Origin: an uncultured Chloroflexia bacterium
GTDB lineage: Bacteria > Chloroflexota > Limnocylindria > Limnocylindrales > CSP1-4
Direction: 5' to 3'
Assembly: GCA_963819655.1 (NCBI GenBank)
Contig: CAWFXA010000002.1
Coordinates: 1,024,001 to 1,088,000, forward strand
DNA: 64,000 bases
Shown here: positions 42,716 to 51,006 of the stretch, piece by piece
Numbering within the stretch: the first letter of the stretch is position 1
Layout: the number at the start of each line of letters is the position of its first letter
The notes under the pieces: generated by a model
The model's input: the letters and a program-made list of their open reading frames with translations, nothing else
What the model was told of the DNA's origin: nothing
Database searches by the model: none
Program-made: the position numbers and the translations under genes

Positions 42716-44820
42716 CGCACGCATACGCGCTCGACGGGGTCCCGGCAGCGACGCTCGACGAGGCCGTCGCGCTCGTCGGCGGCAAGGCCGCGAACCTCGG
42801 CGTGATGACCCGCGAGCTCCACCTGCCGGTCCCGCCCGGGTTCGTGATCACGACGGTGACATGCCGGACGTTCCTGGCCGATGGATGGCCGGATGGTCTT
42901 GACGAAGCGGTTCGCCGGGAGATGGCCGCGGTCGAAATCGCGGTCGGGCGGCGCTTCGGCGACCCTGGCGATCCGCTGCTGGTCAGCGTGCGGTCGGGGG
43001 CGCCGGTTTCGATGCCGGGGATGATGGATACGATCCTCAATCTGGGACTCAACGACGCGACCACGCGGGGGCTGGGTGCGGTGGCCCGTGACGATGGGTT
43101 CGCCGAGGGATGCCGGGCGCGTTTCGTCGATTCCTTCCGCCTGATCGTCGGGGTCGTGGACGTGCCGGACGACCCGTGGGCCCAGCTCCGGCTTGCGATC
43201 GAGGCAGTCTTCCGTTCGTGGCACAGCGATCGGGCGCGCGCCTATCGCGAGAAGGAGGGTATCTCGCACGATCTCGGGACCGCCGTGACTGTGCAGGCGA
43301 TGGTGTTCGGCAACCGTGGCGCCGACTCGGCGACCGGCGTCGTCTTCACCCGCAACCCGGCCACCGGCGAACCGGCTCTCTACGGAGACGTGCTGTTCGA
43401 CGCCCAGGGCGAGGACGTCGTCGCCGGCACCCACCAGACCGAACCGATCGCTGTGCTCGATACGCGGCTGCCGGCAGTGGCCCGCGAGCTGCGCGCTGCC
43501 GCCGAGCGGCTCGAGCGCCACTACGCCGACCTGTGCGACATCGAGTTCACCGTCGAAGCCGGGACGCTTTGGCTGCTCCAGGTGCGGGTCGGCAAGCGTT
43601 CGCCGCAGGCGGCGCTGCGGATCGCGGTCGACATGGCGCAGGACGAGGCGTTCCCGTTGACGCGCGCGGAAGCGGTCCGGCGCGTCCTTCCGTTGCTGGC
43701 CGACCCGCCGAGGATCGCGACGGGCCGCGCCTCGGAGGCTCCCGCGCTGACGACGGGCCTTGCCGCATCACCGGGTGTGGCGAGCGGGCCGATCGCCACA
43801 GATCCGGAGGCGGCCGTGGCATCGGCAGACGCCGGCACACCGGCGATCCTTGTCCGCGCCCAGACCTCGCCCGACGACGTCCACGGCATGGCGAAGGCGG
43901 CCGGCATCCTGACGTCGCGCGGCGGGCTTGCGAGCCACGCGGCGGTGGTGGCTCGCGGCTGGGGCATCCCCGCCGTCGTCGGCGCGGAGTCGGTGGAGGT
44001 CGGTGACGGTGAGATCCGGATCGATGGGCGTGTCGTCCGCGCCGGCGATGTCATCACGATCGACGGTGGCACCGGCGAGGTCTTCGAGGGCAAGGTCGAT
44101 GGCTCGACCGTGATCGCGCCAGAGGCCGCGACGCTGCTCGCTTGGGCGCGTGAAGCTGGCGTCGACGTCGCACCGAGCGTCCGGCGCGAACCTGCGTCCC
44201 GAACACTTCCAGTAGACGCCGATCGCGTCCTGCGAGCCGTTGCCATCAAGGGCTTCGCGACGACCCAGGGGATCGCCGACGCGGTCCTCGCGACTCCCGA
44301 CGCCGTGCGACCCGTGCTCGAGGGACTTACGCGCGACGCCCTGATCGAGTTCGCCGCCGATGCCTTCAAGCTGACGCCCGCCGGCCGCGAGCGTGCCGAC
44401 GAGCTGTTGACTGCCGAGCGTGAGGCGTGGGGCGTCGACAGCGCCGCCGCAGCACTCGACGCCTTCCTCGACATCGACCATCGCGTGAAGGAGGTCGTCA
44501 CCGCCTGGCAGCTGCGCGACGACCAGACGGTCAACGACCACAGTGACCCGGCGTACGACGCCGACGTGCTCGACCGGCTCGCCGCGATCCACGCGGACGC
44601 GGTGGCCTGCCTCGAACCGAACGAACCGAAGCTCCCGCGTCTCGGCGACTACCGCGCTCGACTCACGCGCGCGCTCGAGGCCGTCCAGGCCGGCGACAGC
44701 CGGTACGTCGCCTCACCCCGCGTCGACAGCTACCACGGCACCTGGTTCGAGCTGCATGAGGATCTGATCCAGCTCGCCGGCCGAACCCGCGAGGAAGAAT
44801 CTGCCGCCGGCCGTGCATGA
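42712..44820 (+). CDS. Pyruvate, phosphate dikinase-like protein (ATP-grasp and phospho-His domains, no pyruvate-binding barrel) with a fused C-terminal domain
   Basis: GGKAANL, PVPPGF, SVRSGAPVSMPGMMDTILNLG, QAMVFGN, QGEDVVAG, DIEFT and ASHAAVVARGWG; the last ~200 aa end in DSYHGTWFELHEDLI. Confidence 0.85.
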   Translation: MTHAYALDGVPAATLDEAVALVGGKAANLGVMTRELHLPVPPGFVITTVTCRTFLADGWPDGLDEAVRREMAAVEIAVGRRFGDPGDPLLVSVRSGAPVSMPGMMDTILNLGLNDATTRGLGAVARDDGFAEGCRARFVDSFRLIVGVVDVPDDPWAQLRLAIEAVFRSWHSDRARAYREKEGISHDLGTAVTVQAMVFGNRGADSATGVVFTRNPATGEPALYGDVLFDAQGEDVVAGTHQTEPIAVLDTRLPAVARELRAAAERLERHYADLCDIEFTVEAGTLWLLQVRVGKRSPQAALRIAVDMAQDEAFPLTRAEAVRRVLPLLADPPRIATGRASEAPALTTGLAASPGVASGPIATDPEAAVASADAGTPAILVRAQTSPDDVHGMAKAAGILTSRGGLASHAAVVARGWGIPAVVGAESVEVGDGEIRIDGRVVRAGDVITIDGGTGEVFEGKVDGSTVIAPEAATLLAWAREAGVDVAPSVRREPASRTLPVDADRVLRAVAIKGFATTQGIADAVLATPDAVRPVLEGLTRDALIEFAADAFKLTPAGRERADELLTAEREAWGVDSAAAALDAFLDIDHRVKEVVTAWQLRDDQTVNDHSDPAYDADVLDRLAAIHADAVACLEPNEPKLPRLGDYRARLTRALEAVQAGDSRYVASPRVDSYHGTWFELHEDLIQLAGRTREEESAAGRA

Positions 44821-44853
44821 ATGGAGGGAGACGCCCGGCCTAGCATTGTGGCC

Positions 44854-45180
44854 ATGACTCCCTCGCCCGCCCGACCGGTCATCACCGATGCGACCGCGCG
44901 CGAGCGCTATGAGGCCCACGTCGACGGCGAGCTCGCGGGCGTTCTCGAGTACATCGTCAAACGCGGCCGGATCGCCCTCATCCACACGGAGGTGCTGCCC
45001 GACCACGAGGGCCAGGGCGTGGGGTCCGCACTGGTCCGCTTCGCGCTCGAGGACGCCCGCCGACGCGAGCTGCGGGTCATCGCGACCTGTCCATACGTTC
45101 AGGCCTATCTGTCACGCCACCCCGAGGACGACGACATCGTCGTCGGTCGGTCCGCCCCGTCGCCTGACTCGGTGTCCTGA
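44854..45180 (+). CDS. Small GNAT acetyltransferase (YjdJ/Acetyltransf_CG type)
   Basis: RYE...HTEV....GQGVGSAL...CPYV; TAGCAT -10 element 7 nt upstream of the ATG. Confidence 0.88.
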   Translation: MTPSPARPVITDATARERYEAHVDGELAGVLEYIVKRGRIALIHTEVLPDHEGQGVGSALVRFALEDARRRELRVIATCPYVQAYLSRHPEDDDIVVGRSAPSPDSVS

Positions 45181-45395
45181 AAACGACAGCGTCCTGCAAC
45201 CTTGGGCACAGGGTGTCGGCGGGGAGGCGGCCACCAGTCGCGGTCGCTAACGGCCTCCCGCTCTACACGTGCAACCCGGGCGACTTCGCCGGCATCGACG
45301 ACTTGACCATCCGAGCGGTTCCTGCTGCCGATTGATGGCCCAGACCGGAGCTCTCTGGTGCGCTCTCGTTCGATCGAGGCAGGTAAACGGCGTCC

Positions 45396-46283
45396 TCAGC
45401 TGCCCTGCTCGTATCCCGTGGCCGTGAGCTTGTCCCAGAGCGTGCCGGCGTTCTTGGTCTGGATGTGATCCATCATGTAGCCCTGTCCGACGTCGACCGG
45501 GCCGAAGACGTCATCGAACCGGATCCGCTCGACGGTCTCCTGGCGCGTCCAGCCCTTGGCCACGGCGTCGGCGACCGCGGCCTTCCACGCCAGTAGCACC
45601 GCCCGTTGCCGATCCACGGCTTCTAGCGTCGTCACCGGCCCGTGGCCCGGGACGAGGCGATCGACGTCCAGTTGCCGGATCCGCTCCAGTGCCTCCAGCC
45701 ATTGGTCGACGTTCGAGGTCATCAGCCAGGTCTGGACCTGATTGAAGATCGTGTCGCCGGTGAACACGACCCGCTCCTCCGGGATATGGACCGCTAGCTG
45801 GCCGGGCGTATGCCCCGGCGTCCACAGGCAGTGGAACGTATGGTCGCCGACGCGTAGCGTGAGGTCCCCGGTGAACACGATCGTCCCCTTGTTCGGGTCC
45901 TCGTAGTAGACCTCGCGGTCCGGGATGAGCGGAGCGGCGTCGGGGTCGTCGGTCGGGATCGCCTCGAGCGCGTACGCGAACGGATCGAGCTCGGCGTTCG
46001 GATCCATGAAGTTGTCGTACAACCCCTGGTTCATGACGACCTCGACGCCCTTGAACCAGTAGTTGCCGAAGATGTGGTCGACGTGGTGCTCGGTGTTGAT
46101 GAGGTAGCGGATCGGGCCGTGGAGCTCGGCCTTGGCGCGCATCGCGACCGCGCGAGTCGGGAGCTGGGGCGTGTCGACCACGACGACGCCGTCCGACGTC
46201 ACGACGAAGCTGGGGTTGCAGCCGCGCAGCTTGGTCGTGGTGAAGACGTTCGGAGTCACCTGCTCCATGTCGATGGTGGTCAT
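45396..46283 (-). CDS. Metallo-beta-lactamase-fold hydrolase (cyclase-like)
   Basis: VVVDT, INTEHHVDHIFGN, PGHTPG, FTGD and VPGHG motifs; ATG overlaps the SDR stop. Confidence 0.88.
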   Translation of the reverse strand: MTTIDMEQVTPNVFTTTKLRGCNPSFVVTSDGVVVVDTPQLPTRAVAMRAKAELHGPIRYLINTEHHVDHIFGNYWFKGVEVVMNQGLYDNFMDPNAELDPFAYALEAIPTDDPDAAPLIPDREVYYEDPNKGTIVFTGDLTLRVGDHTFHCLWTPGHTPGQLAVHIPEERVVFTGDTIFNQVQTWLMTSNVDQWLEALERIRQLDVDRLVPGHGPVTTLEAVDRQRAVLLAWKAAVADAVAKGWTRQETVERIRFDDVFGPVDVGQGYMMDHIQTKNAGTLWDKLTATGYEQGS

Positions 46284-47065
46284 TGCGTGGCTGTCAGCCC
46301 GCCATCGATGCCGAGCACCTGCCCGGTCACGAATGACGCGGCGTCCGACACGAGGAAGATCGCTGGTCCGACGATGTCGCTCGTTTCGCCGACGCGGCCC
46401 AGCGGGATTCGGCCGACGATGCCGGCCTTGAACACCGGGTCCTCGAGCAGCGTCGCGACCTGGGGCGTGTCGACGAAGGTCGGCATGATCGCGTTGACCC
46501 GGATGCCGTGCTTCGCCCACTCGGTCGCCCATTGGCGAGTCAGCGACGAGATCGCGCCCTTCGCGGCGACGTAGGCCGAGTAGCCCGCGTTGATCCCAAG
46601 GTTGGCGCGGACCGACGAGATGTTCAGGATCCTGCCGCCCTCGCCCTGTTCGATCATGGCGCGCGCGACGGGCTGGGTCGCCACTAGCGTGCTCCGGACG
46701 TTGAGCTCCATGATCCAGTCCCATGCGTCGCGCGGGTAGGCCTCCGCGGGGTGGAGCACCTTGCCGGCGCCGCCGCCGACCGCGTTGACCAGGATGTCGA
46801 TGCGGCCGAAGCGATCGATCGTCTCGTCGACCATCCGCTCGGCGTCGGCCTCGTTCGTCGCGTCACCCGTGACGGCGAGACCCTTGGAGCCGGCTGATTC
46901 GACCCGTTCCACCGCGGCCCGGAGCGGCTCGGCGTTCCGACCCGCCACCGCGACGAGGGCTCCGGCCTGCGCCAGGGCCTCGGCGATGGGCGCCCCGATG
47001 CCGCCCCCGCCGCCCGGGATCAGGGCGACCCGGCCCTGCAGGCTGAACATGTCGAGTTGGGCCAT
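46280..47065 (-). CDS. SDR family oxidoreductase (gluconate 5-dehydrogenase/KduD-like)
   Basis: PGGGGGIG, NISS, YVAAKG, EWAKHGIRVNAI and GQVLGIDGG motifs; GAAGGAGG RBS. Confidence 0.9.
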   Translation of the reverse strand: MAQLDMFSLQGRVALIPGGGGGIGAPIAEALAQAGALVAVAGRNAEPLRAAVERVESAGSKGLAVTGDATNEADAERMVDETIDRFGRIDILVNAVGGGAGKVLHPAEAYPRDAWDWIMELNVRSTLVATQPVARAMIEQGEGGRILNISSVRANLGINAGYSAYVAAKGAISSLTRQWATEWAKHGIRVNAIMPTFVDTPQVATLLEDPVFKAGIVGRIPLGRVGETSDIVGPAIFLVSDAASFVTGQVLGIDGGLTATQ

Positions 47066-47170
47066 GCGGCCTCCTTCCGAAGTTCGAGCGTAGTGGCGCC
47101 CCCATCGTCGCGTCAAAACGCGAGTCCGGGCGTGCGGCCCCGTCGGCAGGCTCGGCGTACGATCGCGTTG

Positions 47171-47887
47171 ATGTCCGTCGCGGCCCCATCGATCGGGATC
47201 CTTCGAGAGCGGCATCTGCACGCGTCCTTGAAACGGTGGTATGCGGAGCCCGGCGACCAGGTCGAGGTGGTCGTCGACGGGTACGTCGTGGATCTTCTCC
47301 GAGGCGAGCTGCTCATCGAGATCCAGACGCGTGGATTTGCCGGGATGCGGCCGAAGGTCCTCGCGCTGCTTGGGGCCGGCCACCAGATCCGGGTCGTCCA
47401 TCCGATCGCGGTCGACCGGTGGATCGTGCAGGTGGATGACGATGGGCAATTCCTCGGCCGCCGGCGCTCGCCGCGCCACGGCGATCTCGTCGACCTGGCC
47501 GCGGAGTTGGTGACCTTTCCGGAGCTCCTCGACGATCCCGGGTTCGAGATCGAGGTGCTGCTGACCCGAGAGGAGGAGGTCCGGCGCCACGACCCCAGGC
47601 GGTGCTGGCGTCGCCGCGGCTGGACCGTGGTCGAGCGCCGCCTGATCGAGGTGCTGGATCGGATCACCCTGGCGCGGCCTGGCGACCTCACGCGCTGGCT
47701 CCCCGAGACGCTTTCGGAGCCGTTCACGACGGCCGAGCTGGCCGTCGCGCTCCATCGGCCCCGACGCACCGCGCAGCAGATGACCTACTGCCTGCGTCGG
47801 CTCGGCCTCATCGAGGCGATCGGCACGCGGGACCGCTCGGCCGCGTATCGCCTCGTCCCACGGGAGGCTCCGGGCGACGTACTATAG
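47171..47887 (+). CDS. Hypothetical protein, PD-(D/E)XK nuclease-like N-terminal domain with a C-terminal HTH
   Basis: E.HLH.SLK..Y, GYVVDLL...LIEIQT; C-terminal FTTAELA...AQQMTYCLRRLGLI; TACGAT -10 upstream. Confidence 0.6.
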   Translation: MSVAAPSIGILRERHLHASLKRWYAEPGDQVEVVVDGYVVDLLRGELLIEIQTRGFAGMRPKVLALLGAGHQIRVVHPIAVDRWIVQVDDDGQFLGRRRSPRHGDLVDLAAELVTFPELLDDPGFEIEVLLTREEEVRRHDPRRCWRRRGWTVVERRLIEVLDRITLARPGDLTRWLPETLSEPFTTAELAVALHRPRRTAQQMTYCLRRLGLIEAIGTRDRSAAYRLVPREAPGDVL

Positions 47888-47898
47888 AAAACCATTAC
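47880..47898 (+). promoter_or_regulatory. Putative -10 (TACTAT) and adjacent LacI-operator-like site for the catabolic operon
   Basis: TACTAT at 47880-47885 followed by the AT-rich imperfect palindrome GAAAACCATTAC. Confidence 0.3.
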
Positions 47899-47939
47899 CG
47901 CCCACGTTCTGAACGACTGACGTCACCACGGAGAGGGGC

Positions 47940-48875
47940 ATGGCGCTGAACCTCGACGGGCTCATCCCGGCCACCGTCCTGCCGATGCATGGCGACGGGA
48001 GCATCGACGAACCCGCCCTCAGGACGTATATCGCCTGGGTCGTCGAACAGGGGCCGGTCGCTCTGGCGATCAACGTCGACACCGGCGAGGGACCGCATCT
48101 CACCCACGACGAGAAGGTCCGCATCATCCAGATCGTCCGCAACGTCACGGACACCCCCATCGTGGCCGGGCTGGCCGGCCCATCGACGGACGCGGCCGTC
48201 CGCCAGGCCCGCGACTTCCAGGCCGCCGGCGCCGACGCGCTCCTCGTCTTCCCGATCCCGGCCTACCTGAGCCAGCCGCTCGATCCGCGGATCCCGGTCG
48301 CCTATCACAGGGCGATCGCGGAGGTCGGGCTGCCGCTCATCCTCTTCCAGCTGCAACCCGCCCTCGCGGGCGTGAACTACGAGGCCGACGTCCTCGAGGC
48401 GATGGCCCTGGTCGATGGCGTCGTCGCGATCAAGGAGGCGTCCTTCGACGCACGCCGGTTCGTCGATACCGCCCGGCTGCTCGAGCAGCTCCCGAAGAAG
48501 ATCACCCTCCTCACCGGCAACGACAACTTCATCCTCGAGTCGTTCCTGCTGGGCGCGACCGGCGCCCTCATCGGTTTCGGCGCGGTCATGACCCGTGAGC
48601 AGGTCGACATGATCCGCGCGTGGCAGGAAGGTCGGACCGACGAAGCGATGGCGCTCGGCAGACGCGTCCAGCGGCTGGCCGACGTCGTGTTCGCTGCGCC
48701 GGTCGGCGACTATCGGGTCCGGCTCAAGGAGTGCCTGCGCATCCTCGGCGTGCTCGAGTTCGCGACCGTCCGGCAGCCGCTCCTGCCGATCTCCGACGCC
48801 GAGCGCGAGCACCTCACGGCCGTCCTGAAGGAGGTCGGCCTGCTCGCGCCGACCAACGCCCCCGCGCTCGTCTGA
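47940..48875 (+). CDS. Dihydrodipicolinate synthase (DapA/NanA) family aldolase/dehydratase
   Basis: PATVLPM, DTGEG..L, Schiff-base motif VVAIKEAS, LTGND. Confidence 0.85.
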   Translation: MALNLDGLIPATVLPMHGDGSIDEPALRTYIAWVVEQGPVALAINVDTGEGPHLTHDEKVRIIQIVRNVTDTPIVAGLAGPSTDAAVRQARDFQAAGADALLVFPIPAYLSQPLDPRIPVAYHRAIAEVGLPLILFQLQPALAGVNYEADVLEAMALVDGVVAIKEASFDARRFVDTARLLEQLPKKITLLTGNDNFILESFLLGATGALIGFGAVMTREQVDMIRAWQEGRTDEAMALGRRVQRLADVVFAAPVGDYRVRLKECLRILGVLEFATVRQPLLPISDAEREHLTAVLKEVGLLAPTNAPALV

Positions 48876-50488
48876 TGGCCGAGGAGCCCGCGGACGTCCT
48901 GATCATCGGTGCCGGCGCGTCCGGCGGGGTGGTCGCGAAGCGCCTCTCGGAATCCGGTTTCGGCGTCGTCTGCCTCGAGCAGGGCGAGTGGCTCGACCGC
49001 GCGGACTACCCGGGCAACAAGCTCGACTGGGAGCTCAAGGCGCGCAAGGACTGGGCGACAAGCCCGAATATCCGCGGGCTGGCGCAGGACTACCCGATCG
49101 TCGAGGATGACACGCCTGTCTCGCCGCTCATGTACAACGCCGTGGGCGGCTCGACGATCATCTTCGCGGGCGCCTGGCCACGCGCGCTGCCGTCCGATTT
49201 CCGCGTCCGATCGCTCGACGGCGTCGCCGATGACTGGCCGATCGACTACTTCGAGCTGCTGCCGTACTTCTACAGGACCGACCGCGATTTTGGCGTGTCG
49301 GGGCTGCCGGGCGATCCGGCCTACCCGCCCGATACCGAGGACGCGCCCATGCCGCCGCTCCCGATCGGGTCGGCCGGGCTCAAGGTCGCGCGCGGCATGA
49401 CCAAGCTCGGTTGGCACTGGTGGCCGGAGTTCAATTCGATCAACTCGGTCGCCTATGACGGCCGCCGGCCGTGTGTCCAGCGCAGCACCTGCCAGTCCGG
49501 CTGCAATGAGGGCGCCAAGGCCTCGACCGACCTGACCCACTGGCCCAAGGCCATCGCCAGGGGCGCGCGCCTCGTGACGGGCGCACGCGTGCGGCGCATC
49601 GAGACCGACGCCAAGGGCCTGGCGACCGGCGCCACCTGGATCGACGCCGACGGGGCCGACCATTTCCAGCCGGCGAAAGTCGTCGTCGTGGCGGCCAACG
49701 CGATCGGGACGCCCCGGCTGTTGTTGCTCTCCTCGAGCCCCCAGCACCCGGACGGCCTCGCCAACTCATCCGGCCTGGTCGGCAAGCGGCTGATGATGCA
49801 TCCGTTCGCCAATGTCGCGGGCCTGTTCGAGGAGCCGCTGATGAGCTGGCAAGGGCAGTTCGGCGACCTCATCGAGTCGCTCGAGTTCTACGAGACCGAC
49901 GAGAAGCGCGGGTTCGTCCGCGGCGCGCGTTGGGGTCTCGCCCCGACCGGCGGCCCGATCAACACCGCGCTCCCGAGCCGGGCCGGTGAGCAGATCTGGG
50001 GCGCCGAGCACCACGCCCACGTCCGGACGCACCTCGGCCACGGGGCGAACTGGGGTCTCTTCGCCGAGGACCTGCCCGACGAGGCGAACCACATCACGAT
50101 CTCGTCGACGGTCACCGACTCGTCGGGGATCCCGGCGCCCGAGGTCCACTACGCGATGGCCGACAACGCGCGCCGCATGCTCGATTTCCACATCGAGCGA
50201 GCGACGGAATCGATGGAGGCTGCTGGCGCCTACAAGATCGAGGTCGACCGGCTGATGCGGTACTCCGGCTGGCACCTCCTTGGGACGGCGCGGATGGGCG
50301 ACGACCCGACGACGTCCGTGCTGGATCGTTGGAACCGGGCCCACGACGTCCCGAACCTCTACGTCGTCGACGGCTCGTGCTTTGTCACGTCGTCGGGCGT
50401 GAACCCGACGTCCACGATCGTGTCGATCGCCCTGCGAGCAGCCGACCACATGGTCGAGACGCGCTTCGAGCAGCAGGTGCCGGTATGA
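48875..50488 (+). CDS. GMC family flavoprotein oxidoreductase
   Basis: IIGAGASG, VGGST, a Cys cluster (CVQRSTCQSGC), HLLGTARMG and NPT.TI motifs. Confidence 0.92.
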   Translation: MAEEPADVLIIGAGASGGVVAKRLSESGFGVVCLEQGEWLDRADYPGNKLDWELKARKDWATSPNIRGLAQDYPIVEDDTPVSPLMYNAVGGSTIIFAGAWPRALPSDFRVRSLDGVADDWPIDYFELLPYFYRTDRDFGVSGLPGDPAYPPDTEDAPMPPLPIGSAGLKVARGMTKLGWHWWPEFNSINSVAYDGRRPCVQRSTCQSGCNEGAKASTDLTHWPKAIARGARLVTGARVRRIETDAKGLATGATWIDADGADHFQPAKVVVVAANAIGTPRLLLLSSSPQHPDGLANSSGLVGKRLMMHPFANVAGLFEEPLMSWQGQFGDLIESLEFYETDEKRGFVRGARWGLAPTGGPINTALPSRAGEQIWGAEHHAHVRTHLGHGANWGLFAEDLPDEANHITISSTVTDSSGIPAPEVHYAMADNARRMLDFHIERATESMEAAGAYKIEVDRLMRYSGWHLLGTARMGDDPTTSVLDRWNRAHDVPNLYVVDGSCFVTSSGVNPTSTIVSIALRAADHMVETRFEQQVPV

Positions 50489-51006
50489 CGGATCGCATGG
50501 ACACCGGGGAGCGAGCGACCCTCGCGGCGATCGCCGACCACTTCATCCCGGCAGCGGACGGCATGCCGTCGGCGGCGGACATCCTGACCGACGATCGGCT
50601 CGCGTTCGTTGTTCGCGCTCGCCCCGACCTCGCGGAACCACTGAAAGATGCGCTGCGGTCGGAGCTCGGCGATGACGTTCGCGAGCGCCTCTCCGCGCTC
50701 GCCGACGAGCCGACCAACCTGGCCGCGCTCCAGCTGGCGATCGTCGGGGGCTACTACACCGACAAGCGCGTGCGGGAGCTCATCGGCTATCCGGGCCAGA
50801 TGGCGCTCGAGCTGCGGTCGTGGGAGTACCCCGCCTACCTTGAAGAAGGGCTGATCGACGCCGTGCTCGCTCGCGGCCCCGTCTGGCGTGACCCGTCGAC
50901 CGGCCGGCGAGCCGTCACGACGGATTCGCCACGTACCTACGCAGAACGCTGGTCGGGCGGTGCCGAGTCGCCCGAAGGAGGACGAGATGGCCGCGATCGC
51001 ACCTGA
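50485..51006 (+). CDS. Gluconate 2-dehydrogenase subunit-3-like partner of the GMC enzyme
   Basis: TLAAIADHFIPA..MPSA and GGYYT...IGYPG motifs; translationally coupled to the GMC gene. Confidence 0.7.
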   Translation: MTDRMDTGERATLAAIADHFIPAADGMPSAADILTDDRLAFVVRARPDLAEPLKDALRSELGDDVRERLSALADEPTNLAALQLAIVGGYYTDKRVRELIGYPGQMALELRSWEYPAYLEEGLIDAVLARGPVWRDPSTGRRAVTTDSPRTYAERWSGGAESPEGGRDGRDRT

